This document shows, one piece after another, positions 49,727 through 63,527 of a stretch of DNA of 64,000 bases; position 1 is the stretch's first letter; every line of letters begins with the position of its first letter. The DNA comes from Squalus acanthias (lineage: Eukaryota): contig CM059432.1 of assembly GCA_030390025.1 (NCBI GenBank), positions 59,832,001-59,896,000 of the forward strand, given 5' to 3'. The notes under the pieces were generated by a model. The model searched no databases, was not told where the DNA came from, and was given only the letters and a program-made list of their open reading frames with translations. The position numbers were made by a program, and so were the translations under genes.

Positions 49727-50761
49727 GGCTGCATCCACAGTGACATCCGCAGAGAGCCTAGGCAAAATTTTATTGGCCACCAGATTGCACCTGATAATGG
49801 CCCCCCTCTTGAGCGCTGAGCTAACCAGCAGTGCGTTTAGCGCTGAGCTCAGCGCTTCAATCATTATAATGAGCAGGCAGCATGAATTTTGCGTGCTGTC
49901 TGCACCACTTTTAACGGGCGTGGGCAGATCGCGCATCGCGATCCCCGTGCCCATTTTCGGGCCGAATCCAATTTGACCCCCTAGTGCAACTTCCGAAGTT
50001 TTGTATGTCAGTTCATGCATGCCTCTGTCGTGATAACAGGCTGAAAGTTGGTGGGAAGGATGCAGCTGTTATTTTGTATATGCAATAGTAATGTATCATC
50101 CAAAGTGCACCAAGGTTTAAATGTTTCTATTATAATGAGGATATTGAGGGATTTTCCACTCGTACCCTCCACTCCACTCCAGAATTCGTTTCTTTCAGGG
50201 TTTTAGCAGACAATTAACTATTTGCTTATTTCTGAAATAAGGGCAGAAATATTGTAAATGCATGGCAGGTTGGTAAGCATGTGAAAGAGATCGTTCTCTT
50301 CCAGATGCAGAATGGGTTTCTGCATATTTCCTATGCTGCACATTGGCTGCTTCTATTTTACAACTGAACAGGGAATGATTTTAATTGTTCCAAGTTTATC
50401 CTTTTTAACTCTATTTTCTTATTTCTCTTCTTTTCTACAAAAACAGACACTGGTATATTCTATCATTGCTCTGGAGAATGAAACATGTTGATTAGCTAAA
50501 CTTGCCCTTTCAAAATTGATTAAGTGACTCTCATGTGACCACCTTAGACTATAATTATTAAAGTTGGAGTAATTAATTAATTAATAAGATTGAACAACAA
50601 TCAGGGGCTCATTCTTATAATGTGTTGAGAAATTTGTACACAATAGGTCAAATGAAGAACTCAACCTGTGATACATTCTGCAATTGACCTTCCTCTCCTT
50701 AATCCCCAATACAGTGTGAAACTCACTATTATTAGTCATTTAAATGATGAGTGAAAGCACA

Positions 50762-51362
50762 TGCTCACTCATGCTTGCCTCTGAGTCAGAAGGTTGTGGA
50801 TTCAAGTCCCACTCCACAGCACAATATCCAGGCTAACACTTCAGTGCAGTACTGAGGGAGCGCTGCACTGTTGGAGGTGCTGTCTTTCGGATGAGACGTT
50901 AAACTGAGGTCCCGTCTGTCCTCTCAGGTGGACATATAAGATCCCATGGCACTATTTTGAAGAAGAACAGGGGAGTTCTCCCAGGTTTCCTGGCCAATAT
51001 TTATCCCTCAACCAACAACATTAAAACAGATTATCTGAAAAAAAAACAGAAAATGCTGGAAATACTCAGCAGGTCAGGCAGCATCTGTGGAGAGAGAAAC
51101 AGAGTTAACGTTTCAGGTCGATGACCCTTCGTCAGAACTGGAAAAGTTCATAGAGAAAGCCAAAAGTCAAAGTCTGAGTTCATAGAGAAAGCCAAAACAG
51201 ATTATCTGGTCATTATCACATTGCTGATTGTGGAGCCTTGCTCTCTGCAAATTGGCTGCCGCGTTTCCTACATTACAACAGTGACTTCAAAAGTACTTCA
51301 TTCCCTGTTGAGTGCTTTGGGACATCCTGAGGTCATAAAAGGCACAATATAAATGCATGTCT
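50762..51362 (+). mobile_element. tRNA-headed Deu-domain SINE (SacSINE1/AmnSINE-like), interrupted at 51038-51193
   Basis: B-box-like GGATTCAAGTCC, core CAGTGCAGTACTGAGGGAG...GGATGAGACGTTAAA, L2-type tail; matches 63528-63950. Confidence 0.85.
51038..51193 (-). mobile_element. Penelope-type short insertion with hammerhead-like core
   Basis: 15-bp TSD AAAACAGATTATCTG (51023-51037, 51194-51208); body nearly identical to 17866-17960. Confidence 0.75.
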
Positions 51363-52539
51363 TTTTCTTCTTTTTCATTGCTGCTTACATGGGAAACTCG
51401 AGAAATCCAACAGTACAAACAAGAACTGTACCCTGTGATGACTAGCAGCTTAGAAGATGGTGATACCATAGCAACAGGCATTTAAGCTTGATTCTAGTTT
51501 GACAAAATGGAGTGTAAATAGTATACTTAATTTAATTTAATAAGATCCCTTCTACACTTCATGCTGTCAAACAAGAAGAATCTTATTTAAATGGGCAAAG
51601 GATTGAATTTTTTTTCTGGTCAACAGTGGCCTCCAAGTTTTATAAAGGTAGGATTTTCTCATTTTGAGGAAAATGGAAATATGCTAGTTTGCAATTAATC
51701 TAATTTGCACTCTTGAAACAGATCTATTATGTATCATTCATTGATATACTGTGACAATCATATTCACCTTGTTGCATAAAGGTAAACCTTATGGTTTATA
51801 AATTATAGGGGAAAACTTTCTTTTCACATTAATCTAAACTGCATTAGCATAATTTATTAATACACTGTCACTAATAGCATCGCAATTATATTCTTAAATG
51901 TAACCGTAAGGATCTATGCTTATGAGTTATAAGGTTAGTTCAAACCCAGGATTGAATTGATCTGATTTTCATACACAAATATTAAATTAGTATCATTCAT
52001 TAATTTCCTTTTTCTAATCAATACTGTTCTCCAAGTTTCCTAAAGATAGATCTTATGGGTTTTGAGTTCATAGAGAAAGCCAATTTCCTAATGAACCTAT
52101 TGGGCATATGCATATTAGGTCTGATTACCATAATAACTAATATGTTGTCTCAATCAGCATAATGATCCCCCTCCATTTCACAGACGTAGTACTCGGGGTT
52201 TGGAGTTAATGGAAAATGTGAAAACGTTTACACTGACGGCCCTTCTTGCCCCATTTATTCTTTGCCCCATTACACAGGCAAGTAATAAGAAAAAAATAAG
52301 TGCCTTATGAAAGATATGTTCTGATCATTACCTAAACACATGACACTTAAATAATAAAAATAAAAATAATTTGCAGAAGATGATTGCAACAGATTATCTT
52401 GTAATGTAACAAGAACGTTTTTGGGAAATTGTTGTTAGACACGTCAGCCACTTTACTGCTATAATGTTTCATTATTGTCAAGATTGTCCTGGTTGCTTCT
52501 ATTTAGGGAAAAGAAAACTGCCCAAAGATTAAAATTACA

Positions 52540-54060
52540 GGGCAAAAAATTCAGGGTCCTGACACCACCTGTTACCGTCAGCTGGTGACAGGTCCCACGG
52601 TGTCCTCCATCTTGGTCCTCCCCGTAGCGCTGCCAGTAAGTATTAGCGCCCTGCAAAAAAAAAATGGCGGATTGGTGCACGCCGACTTAACATCACCACG
52701 GCCAACTTCGACCCTAGCGCTGAGTCATAACCACGCCAGGGAAACCCAGCGTGTAAAAAGACTGACAGAGGCGCTGTCAGCACCTCTTAAAGGGTCATAC
52801 ACATCTTTCAGGAATGTTTGCATTTAAGCTTTTGGAATGAGTTTTTTTATTGTATTGAAGTAGTGGCTTGCTGCAATAGATGTTAAAAGTTTTTTAAGTG
52901 AGTAGGGAGTGCTGCTGGATGCTTTCAAGGCCTCGGATGGTAAAGGAAAGCCCCTGAGAAGACAGAAAATGCTGCTGTTTCTTCTTCATTCTCCTCTTCC
53001 TCTTTCTTGGTCAACCACTGGCTGGGCAGGCTGCATTTCTTTGGTGTATGAAATGAGGAAGCCACAAGGGTGGAGTTGTGGTGAGGGGAGGGTGGGAAAG
53101 CAAGACGTGCATGCAAGAAGGAGGATAACATGTGAGGATACCAGCAACTTGTATCCTTTCAGCCCCGCCGCTGGCCAGGGGCTCAGCCATGTCCCTGCCA
53201 AGAATGGCCTGCACCATCTCCTCCAAGGGGGTGAGGTGAGGCTAGGAATGGGAGGTGTGCCTCGTGATTGATACAGATTGTTGGTAGGTGAGTGGGGCGG
53301 GGGAGTTGTGCATTGAGCAGTGTGAGGCTAGTGATGCAGTTGGTAGGAGATGGCTTTTGAAGATGCAGTCACTGATCTTGACCAGTGGTCTGAGGTCATG
53401 AAGCTTCTTTGCGCACCAGAGCCAGGTGGTGGGGACAACACTGGTCGCAGTGGTGGCCTCAGTGATGTCGTCCCATATTGTTCTTTCTGGAGGGCCTCCT
53501 GGCCCCTGTGGGTAGAGGACCACTCTTGCACTGTTGATCCCCTGCACAAAGCTGGAGTGCTGCATGTGAGACCCTGGGTAACCCTTCGCTGGCTTGCTGA
53601 ACCATTTGTGTTAGTGGTGAAGCACTTTTACCATTTTTTGAGCTTCGGAAGCGAATTCAGCTTTAAGTGCTGAGGAATCCCATTTGGGACTTCTTTTTAA
53701 TGGTAAAATTTTTATTGAAAGGCAGTAAGGGCTGAAAGCTGCATTATTTCACTGCATTGTAATTTTTATTAGTTCTGAATGCATTGCCCCTTTAATTACC
53801 CACAATGCCTTGCGAACACCACAGCCTCGCTTCCACAGGCTGTAAGAAGCAGCAACGCCGACATTGGACGGGAACTTCGGGGTGGAGCTCTCCATTAATG
53901 CCACCAGGACGGTGCTGCATGGTAAATTAGCGCTGTCCTACACATCACCAACCCCCAGCACAAATTTTTCACCAGTAGCGCTGCGACCATTTTCAGTGGC
54001 CGTTAACTCGAGTTGCCGGTGACACCAGCAATTCTGTTGGCACACACGAGTTTTTCCCCC
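52540..54060. mobile_element. Deleted Harbinger derivative with Myb remnants on the - strand
   Basis: Ends GGGCAAAAAA / TTTTTTCCCCC with ACA flanks; 52980-53560 homologous to 48815-49690 (WCAKKLHDL). Confidence 0.75.
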
Positions 54061-54449
54061 ACAGACTTTTATTTAGGAATTGACATGAAGTTTCATACAG
54101 GCAGAAAATTTCTATGATAGTTTGGATTTTGATCATTTTTCTTCCTGGATACTGAACATTTTAACAGGCCTACTGTAAAAAAAATCAAAAAATCTTTAAT
54201 TTATTGTGGGCAACACTGCTCCCTTTGATGTTGACGAGTTACAGGTTCTGCTGCGGGAGATGTACCAAAGGAGGCTGGACCTATTAGGAGCAATGGGCTA
54301 TCCTTTAGTAAAACCACAGGTACCAGGTAGCATACCTGGCTGCAAAGAAGGAAGAAGTTTGTGGAAGCAACGCAAAGGTAAGCACGCTCCTCATTTCTTG
54401 CTTAGCCCATCAGGCAAAGCAAGAAATACCGCTAGGTATTCTGCGGCGA

Positions 54450-55030
54450 CTGTCTCACCTCCTGACTCCCCAAAGCCTTTCTACCATCTATAAGGCACAA
54501 GTAAGGAGTGCGATGGAATACTCTCCACTTGCCTGGATGAGTGCAGCTCCAACAACACTCAAGAAGCTCGACACCATACAGGACAAAGCAGCCCACTTGA
54601 TTGGCACCCCATCTACCACCTTAAACATTCACTCCCTCCACCACCGGCGTACCGTGGCTGCAGTGTGTACCCTCTACAAGATGCACTGCAGCAACTCGCC
54701 AAGGCTTCTTCGGCAGCACCTCCCAAACCCGCAACCTTTTCCACCTAGAAGGACAAGGGCAGCAAACGCATGGGAATACCACCACCTCCCAAGTTCCCCT
54801 CTAAGTCACAAACCATCCTGACTTAGAAGTATATCGCCAATCCTTCATCGTCGCTGGGTCAAAATCCTGGAACTCCCTACCTAACAGCACTGTGGGAGTA
54901 CCTTCACCACACGGACTGCAGCGGTTCAAGAAGGCGGCTCACCACCACCTACTCAAGGGCAATTAGGGATGGGCAATAAGTGCTGGCCTTGCCAGCGATG
55001 CCCACATCCCATAAACAAATTAAAAAAAAC
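54450..55030 (+). mobile_element. LINE 3' fragment (RTE-X-like, clade tentative)
   Basis: IYKAQVRSAMEYSPLAW...KLDTIQDKAAHLI...SLHHRRTVA RT C-terminus; tail ending in an A-rich run. Confidence 0.7.
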
Positions 55031-55350
55031 TATCCTAGGAACTCACACACTATCTTGGAGGTACCATTTGAAGCATTATGCACAGCCGTTGCCTTTTTGT
55101 GTGTGCCCCTTCATTGTGCCTAAGCTAGATGGTGTACGTTTCTTGAAGAATGACATGGCAGCCGAAGAAGAACAAACAGATACTGAGCTTCTCCTCTGTT
55201 GTTATGTGATTTCTCAGTGAGCTCAGCAGCCATGGATTCAGAGGATAGCCCTGCAGTACTAAAAGCCTCCCACCCAGTGTTCCTTCTCCTTCTAGGATTG
55301 CGGGCACCAGTGAAATATTGCACAATAGCCAGTCAGCCTAACCTCGGTGG

Positions 55351-56723
55351 TGGGAAAATTATTGGAATGAATTCTGAAGGACAGGATAAATCTTCATTTA
55401 GAAAGACACGGATTAATCAAGGATAGTCAGCACGGATTTGTTAAGGGAAGGTTGTGTCTGACAAACTTGATTGAATTTTTGAGGAGGTAACAAGGAGGGT
55501 AGATGAGGGTAGTGCATTTGATGTAGTGTATATGGACTTTAGCAAGGCTTTTGATAAGGTTCCACATGGCAGTCTGGTCACGAAGTTAAAAGCCCATGGG
55601 ATCCAGGGCAAAGTGTCAAGTTGGATTCAAAACTGGCTCGGAGGCTGGAAGCAGATGGTAATGGTTGATGGGTGTTTTTGTGACTGGAAGGCTGTTTCCA
55701 GTGGGGTTCCGCAGGGTTCAGTACTAGGTCCCTTGCTTTTTGTGGTATATATCAATAATCTAGACTTGAATATAGGGGGTATGATTAAGAAGTTTGCAGA
55801 TGATACTAAAATCGGCTGTGTGGTTGATACTGAAGAAGGAAGCTGTAGACTGCAGGAAGATATCAATAAATTGGTCAGGTGGGCAGAACAGTGGCAAATG
55901 GGATTCAATCCGGAGAAGTGTGAGGTAATGCATTTGGGGAGGGCTAACAAGGAAAGGGAATACACATTAAATGGTAGGACACTGAGTAGTGTAGAGGAAC
56001 AAAGGGACCTTGGAGTGCATGTCCACAGATCCCTGAAAGTAGCAGGCCAGGTAGATAAGGTGGTTAAGAAGGCATACGGAATGCTTGCCTTTATTAGCCG
56101 TGGCATAGAATACAAGAGCAGGGGGGTTATGCTTCAACTGTATAAAACACTAGTTAGGCCTCAGCTAGAGTACTGCGTGCAGTTCTGGTCACCACATTAC
56201 AGGAAAGATGTGATTGCACTAGAGAGGGTACAGAGGAGATTTACAAGGATGTTTCCAGGAGTAGAGAGTCTTAGCTATGAGGAAAGACTGGATAGGCTGG
56301 GTCTGTTTTCCTTCGAACAGAGGAGGCTGAGAGGAGACCTTATTAAGATGTATAAAATTATGAGGAGCCTAGATAAAGTGGATAGAAAGGACCTATTTCC
56401 CTTAGCAGAGAGGTCAAAAACCAGGGGGCACAGATTTAAAGTAATTGGTGGAAGGTTTAGAGGGGATTTGAGGGTAAATTTCTTCACCCAGAGGGTTGTG
56501 GGGGTCTGGAACTCACTGCCTGAAAGGGTGGTAGAGGCAGAAACCCTAACCACATTTAAAAAATACTTGGATGTGCACTTGGGATGCTGTAACCTGCAGG
56601 GCTATGGACCAAGAGCTGGGAAATGGGATTAGGCTGGATAGCTCTTTGTTGGCCAGCGCGAACACGATGGGCCAAAATGGCCTCCTTCCATGCTGTAACT
56701 TTCTATGATTCTATGATTCTATG
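55351..56723 (+). mobile_element. CR1 LINE, 5'-truncated, 368-codon open RT
   Basis: [13 protein letters not shown]...KFADDTKIG...GYGPRAGKWD; tail (TTCTATGA)x3. Confidence 0.95.
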
Positions 56724-56729
56724 AAGGCA

Positions 56730-57185
56730 TCAGGGCTACTTCTTGGATAATGAGTTTGCTGTGGTCAGATACCAGTTGAACAATAATTGAATGCAAACTC
56801 ATTCTATTCATTAAAGCCACGGGACTGATAAGAAGAGCACTGTTGCTTATTCAGGAACCATGTACAATACCTAGTGAAAGCTCTTCACTTTGTCCAGCTA
56901 ATGCCCTTTTCTACAGGAAAAGTGATGAAGGTATTGTCCCTTTCAAACATAGCATTGGTCACTTGCTTGGTGCACTGCAGACTGTGTGATGTGGCAGTTG
57001 TCTTCTGGGGTGACTTGGAAGGATCATCTGGCATGAAAGCTTCATGCTGTGGTAACCTTCACTTGCAGGAGGAGCTGTCCCTGATCCAGATGTTGTGTGC
57101 AGATCATGATGCAGCAGATGGCACAATTCCATGACTGCCTGTCTTGTGAAATTGAGGAGGCAAAGACTGGCCTCCTCTAAAGACC
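56730..57185 (-). pseudogene. Old Harbinger transposase remnant
   Basis: Minus-strand remnant SFQ...CHITQSAVH...QVTNAMF...FITFP. Confidence 0.55.
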
Positions 57186-57186
57186 A

Positions 57187-57927
57187 GGGGGGAAAAATTC
57201 GGTTGCTTTGCGCCTCCCGTTAGCGTCCTAAGAGGGCACTAACAGGGCGCAAAGCAACTAGCGCCCGGGCGCGTCGCCGGCAACACCTCCCACAAAATTC
57301 AGCGGGAGGTTAGCGGCGGCGGTAACCGTTAGCGCCCCGCGGCACCGCCGGCGATGGCATCATCGCCGTGTGCAGCGCCCCGCTCGCGCCCCGGCCGCGA
57401 TCTTCGGTAGCGCCCCCTGACTTACCGCCGGATGCTATGTCCGACGGGGTCAGGGGGGCCTACCTGCGGCCGGGCCGGCGCTATTTAAAGGCGAGGTGCC
57501 GGGCGGCCATTTTTGTTGCTGGACGCCTGCCTCCGCTGCCGTCACCGGCCTCCTGACCTGCCCCCCCCGCAAAGTGCCGGCTGCGCTCTATGAGCCCGAC
57601 ACTTCTCTTGACTGCCAGGCTCTTTTGCCGGCACTCCGATCCCTGGTGGCCCAGCTGGGCCCCAGGTCGCGCTGTGCAAGGCCCCTCCCCTTTAAGAAGG
57701 GGAGGAAGGCCTGCAATACCGCGGCGCGACATGCTGCAGCGCGTGGTGCTGCGGCACATAACGCCGCAATATTCCCTCGCAGTGACGCTTCCAGTAACGC
57801 CCCACTTCCCTCTTGCGGCGCTACCACTCAATTTTGGCCGCGGGGTCGCTAATTTTTCTGTGGCGCTAAAAGTAGCGCCCCGGCGAAGTTAGCGCCCCAA
57901 AGGGGGCGCGACTCAATTTTTCCCCCC
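57187..57927. mobile_element. GC-rich Harbinger-type MITE
   Basis: TIRs GGGGGGAAAAATT / AATTTTTCCCCCC; colinear with 3734-4442 and 5302-6045. Confidence 0.85.
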
Positions 57928-58670
57928 CGCTATGTATGGAGGGAACTATTAATGCAGGTCCCAAGGTGGTGATGAGTGGAACCAAAATGCTTCAGTGCTT
58001 GTTGCAAATGCATTTGTTGGTCCCTCACAATCTCTTCTTCCTCATCTCAATTTTGCAACATGTTTGGATTCCCAAAGGAATAACCACCCTTACCTCTTTG
58101 TCCGGTGCAGTTTAAATAGCAGCAGCAGCCAAAAATAACAAAGAAAAGTATTGGCAGGAGGAAAAAAATTCAAAATGGAGAACTATCCAGCAAAAACAAT
58201 TGCTGTACGGAGCAAAATGCAGCAAGAGGCAATGAAGAATGGAAAAAAACCTTCACCTCAAACAGAAACCCACATCTGTCTTTAAGTGGCCAACTTGAGC
58301 AGTAGACTCCCCTGCACCTACTTTTAAAATGAGGCTCATGCAGTGGGAAGAGTCTCGCCGGAAAAGGGGGTTCTGCTTATCAAGATTTAAATATTAAAAT
58401 GAGTCTGTGCATGCAGCAGCATGGGCTCACTATTAACTCTCAAATTGGCTAGTGGGCAGAGGTTATTATAATTTGATCCTGGTGCAGTTGTGTACCAGCA
58501 CCTCCGGCCTAGCATTTGTAAGACTTGAGCACAAACATCAATCTTGTAAATATAGTGGTAGCGCTGCTTCCTTACCTCTGGATCAGTGTAAAAACACAGA
58601 ATGGTGTCACTAGCCTGAGAATGAGTGACACTCCAAATGCATCCAATTAATTTCTCACTCCTGCAAAATA

Positions 58671-59182
58671 AGCGTAGTGGTTATGTTACTGGTCTAGTAA
58701 TCCAGGGGCCTAGACTAATAATCCAGCAAACGTGAGTTCAAATCCCACCATGGCAGTTTGAGAATTAGAATTCAGTTAAAACAAAATCTGGAAATTTAAA
58801 AAAAGCTATCAGTAAAAGTGACCATGAAACAGTCGGATTGCACTAAAACCCAACTGGTTCATCAATTCCTTTAGAAAAGGAATCATGCTGTCCTTACCTG
58901 GTCTGGCATATATGTGACTCCAGTCCCACACCAACATGGTTGATTCTTTACTGCCCTCTGAAGTGGCCTAGCAAGCCATTCTGTTGCACTGAACTGCTAC
59001 AAAGAATAACATCGTCACTGGGTCAAAATCCTGGGATTCCCTACCTAACAGCATTGCGGGAGCGTCTTCTCCACATGGACTGCAGTGGTTCAAGAAGAAG
59101 ACCCACCACCACCTTCTATGGGCAATTAGGGATGGGAAATGAATGCCAGCCCTACCAGCAATGCCCCCATGAATGGAATTTA
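58671..59182 (+). mobile_element. tRNA-headed SINE-like element sharing its 3' tail with the LINE at 54450-55030
   Basis: A-box-like GCGTAGTGGTT, B-box-like GAGTTCAAATCC; 59010-59175 matches 54846-55010. Confidence 0.65.
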
Positions 59183-62058
59183 AACAATTGTTTACAATTA
59201 CATGTATGGTGTTTGTCTTCTGATGGATGCTGGAACCACAGTAAGATTGGGAGAAGTTGTAATGGGGGTACAGTCAAGTCAGGAATGTGCCTTAAACTTC
59301 AGATGATTTTTCAGCAGATATGAAGTTCTGCAATTCTAGTTTATCAACAGAGCTGGACCAGGTGACTGCAACCTTCTCAAAAGGAGGAATGTGTTGGCGC
59401 AAATGTTGGAAATAGATTTGACTATCTTCCACCATTTCCTGGAACCTATCTGAGAACCATGCACGAATGAGCTGATCTTGGACTTGTGCTTCTGATGAGC
59501 TGATGATACGGTCTTTTCATAATGAGACTTGGTATGGAGATAGATTTCCTTGTTCTTTTAGTTGCCTGACCTTTTCAATTTGTCAAGTCATTTCTTCTTT
59601 TTTGCCAGTGCTGAAGAACATCTTTCATTAAAGTGGGGCTGTGAGCCAATAACAGTCTTTAGTTCCTTGCTCTGGATATGGGATACTTCTGGCTTAAAAC
59701 CAGAGTCGGTATCTTTTGACTGGTAGATATGGTGCCAGGCTCAAAATAACAACTTCCTCTTTCAGATTGTTCCAACTGACCCTGTCACATGGTCAAACCT
59801 TGTGCTTGCCAATCCTTTCAAGATACCAAAGAAAGGACACATGGATTCACACTGGATGTGTCAACTGTTAATTTCAGAAGGTCAGAGAAGTTAGTCAGTA
59901 CCAGATCTAGGCATTACCTCCAGTTAGCAACTGCAGAGGAGACATTAGCACAGCCATGGTGGTCTGCATTTCTTTTTTACTTCTTAGAAAATTATCAGTT
60001 GATGTCACCAATCAAAGGAATACATCTAAGAGATAAACCACTGAATTATATTTGTGGTGGTTGACAGGTAGGCCCTGAAAATAATTATCAGCAGATGGAC
60101 AGTAAACTTTAGTCAAGGGAACCTTCCTCTCCTTGAGGAATATATACACCAAAAGGACTTTGAGGGTACTTTATTACAAATTCTGTTTGGTGGAGATTGG
60201 CAATCCATACTTGGGATATGCCACCATCTGTGTCATGGTTCCAATAAAATAAATCATAACCTGCTTTATTAAGAATGATTAAAGGATAGCTAGTAGGCTA
60301 AGACCACTAGAAACTGCAACACCAGATAGAGATGACAGGTTGGACCAACAACCATAGTTATTTGTGAAATGCAGTGTAAAGGTATGGTCTGTACAGGTGC
60401 ATAAATTGCTATTTTCCAGCTACACGTGTCTGAGACGAAGTTAGACAATAAGCAGAATTGGGACCCTTCTCCTCAACGTACTATGACTTGTGACATTGCA
60501 ATCTAAAGTCAGCAACATGGTTCCAGTTGTATCTACGTGGACTTTTCTCCCATTCCCACTGGCTCCAATCCTGAAGGAGATTTTAGTTTCCCAGATTATG
60601 GGCCTGGCTCTGCTTCATCTGGTGGGAAGCAGAATTGCTGGCCTTAGTAAAGTGCTAATAAGGTTGAAACAAGCTGTTAGACCACTACTGTCGCTCCTGA
60701 TACCCCAACCTCACTAACTGTGGAAGGCCAATGCGATCAGTCTAAGTGGAAATTTTCAAAACCGTCAAAAAAGAGAAAAAGAGTAAATATTACCATAATG
60801 TTTTAAGATGAAATATTATTGAATTTTTCAAATTATTTAGAAAACTTTAAGTAATCATTCACATAATTATTCTTATAATTTAACTTGAGTAACACTTTAA
60901 AACAGTATGTTCCTTGTCGTTCTTTCAAAATGCAACATTTCCCTCTAAGAATAACCGGCAGCTTTAACTCTCAATTCCCAACAGCCGCTTTTTAAGCTTT
61001 TCTTCAATTAACCTTCATTAACCTTTTGTCCCAAAGTAACAATGCCATCTTAACTGAATTACTAATAAAAAATGTCATTGTACTTTAAGAGTGCCAAAAG
61101 GCGTGGTTGCAGGCAAACTCAGATGGCTGTGGATTCCATGCATCCAGTGCTGCCTAAAGTAAAAACATTCTTGGACAAACTATCTGAAAAGAAATCACTG
61201 GCACTCTGATTCCCATGCACACAATAGTCTGTCTGTTAGGACCGTTGATGGCTGCACAATTGGACCCACCCATGTGAGCGAAGTGTTTAAAATATTTCTA
61301 TTTGCTATTAACAGAGCCATAAAAATATCCAGCAAAAATGTGTGGGTAAAATGCCTACATTCCCTACTTTTGTCAGAAAACATTACCTGAATTTCAATAA
61401 CATTTCTCAAAACGTCATGAAATTGTTTCCCTTTTTCAAGAAATATGCATCACACAGGGCCTGACACTAAGCCAGACGGCACAATACTTGTCACTTCAGC
61501 AATCACGCTACTGTAATGGATGACTGATTCCTTTTTTCCCCTTTTTTAACTGTTTCTTTTCTCCCCTCTCAGATGAGCTCTTGGAGGTCTTTCTTTTTTT
61601 TAATGGACAGATTTGAAGTGCTGTTTAGATGCATAAGGATAGCACTGTTTCTCTCATGATCCCATGGAGCTACAGTACTGGTGTTCTAGAGGGAGCTCTG
61701 TTATGCTTTTTACATAGAGTAACCACTGGATCAAATGACACTAGTAGTCCTGTATTGTCTGTTTTCATTTGAATGCTGGTTATCGTGCACTTTGGTTTTT
61801 AGTGTTTCGTTTTTTCATGCACTTCCATTTTATTTTTGCCGATTTTTCAGTTTCACCAAATTTGATCCTTTTCAATGCTTTAAGTTTTTCATTAATAGGG
61901 CACTGTTGGTGTATAATTAGGTTTAAAAAGTTTGTTGTTGATGAATTTATTTTTTTGGTAAAATGGTAAAACAGCAAAACAATGAAACAGTAGAACTGTC
62001 TACATCTCAGTTAAATGAGTCATTACTCCTAAACCAAACTTTATTTTTAGTAATTCAT

Positions 62059-63008
62059 AGCCCTGAATACGCCGTCATACCGCCTTTGAAACTGACCGCA
62101 AGTTCGGGATTTCCAGATGCGCTTGCATTAAATGTTGAACTTACGACCTGTCACGTTCTGACTGCGCATCGGCTTCGCGGCACGTTTCACCAACCCATTC
62201 AAATCAACGTGGTGGCGAAAAGTTGGGCTAATTGCCCACCTACTGCGCATTAATTACCCTGAAAATGTTTCCATCTGGTGTAAACAGGCGCAGGAGCCTG
62301 TTGCACAGTGTAAGGGGAAGGGGAATGAGAAAATTGCATTAGTTTATGCTACAGCCCATAACAATGAGGCACTGGTTCGTGTCTGAGCGGATACAAACTT
62401 TGAAAGAAACTTTCATTTGTTCGAGTTTGAAAACTGGGCCTTTTTATGTCACCATCTTAGCTGCGTTAAAGCCTTTTGTAGTTTCAGTTTAATTCCCAAT
62501 TTCTATTTAGATCAGAGTTAATTCACTTTTATGATTTCTTCATGTTATCAGACATTTAAACTCTCGATTTTATATTATTAAATTAATCAAAAGTTAGTTA
62601 GTCTAATAGAGGAGAAACTAATTCGATAGGACTATAAGACTGTAATTATAGGTTTGTGTATTAGAATATTGGTTTGTGTATTAAATACTATTGTAATGAT
62701 CATAATTTATTAAAATAGCATTTCTGGCTGCTAAATTATTTAAAATAAGTTGTGGGCAAATCAGCAATCTCCTCTGTTTCCTGATTGGCTAAGAGTCAGG
62801 AAGTGAAAGGAACACCGCCCCATGTGATCCTAGGTTCGCATATGCACAACGGTGCGCCCCTGGGATCTGTGGACCACTACGCTGCGCACAACTCTGCAGC
62901 ATTTGAAAGCAACTTTTTGAAGGGGGGTTCGCACGAGGTAAGTGCGGATTTCGTTCGGATGCCGGCGGCGTACAGCTTAGCCACGCCGCCAACCGCGAAT
63001 TCAGGGCC
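62059..63008. mobile_element. Harbinger-type non-autonomous element with AT-rich centre
   Basis: TIRs GCCCTGAATACGC / GCGAATTCAGGGC; CpG-rich subtermini. Confidence 0.6.
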
Positions 63009-63527
63009 ATTGTGTACATTGTCAGTGTAACCATAGGCATTCTGGTTCTTTCTTACTAATTAGTAAAGAATTCCATCTTGTTACAGGCAAAGTCAAGTTA
63101 GCAAAAAAAGTCAGAAAATTCAGGCCACAGTTGATACTTTCCCTGCCAAAATTGATGAACTTAAAAATTCTTGTTTGCAGAATAGGCTCAGCAAAGGTAT
63201 GCAGCAAACAGTAAACAATGTACGCATTACATCAAAGGCATTACATGGTGAAAATTAAACTTGTATTCTTCAAAGTTTGAATTAAGCTTACCCTTTCTAA
63301 ATGGGGCAATGACACTGATTCATTCACTTTAAAAGACAATGCAGATGACAGATTTTGTGGCATCACTGCTTGCCATTTGTTACGGATGATGAACAAAGGA
63401 ACCTAAAGCTGGCTGCTAAGTAGTACTGCTTGTAGAATGACAAATAGACCAGCAGTGCATAGCTACCAGGCCCAAACTCAGAAAACTCTCCCCTCAGTCA
63501 ACCCTCAAATAATTTAGGTGTTAGACT

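Larger units (their letters stand above)
45377..49981. mobile_element. Near full-length Harbinger transposon (copy B)
   Basis: Ends GGTGGTGAAATT / AATTTGACCCCC; convergent transposase (+) and Myb gene (-). Confidence 0.85.
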
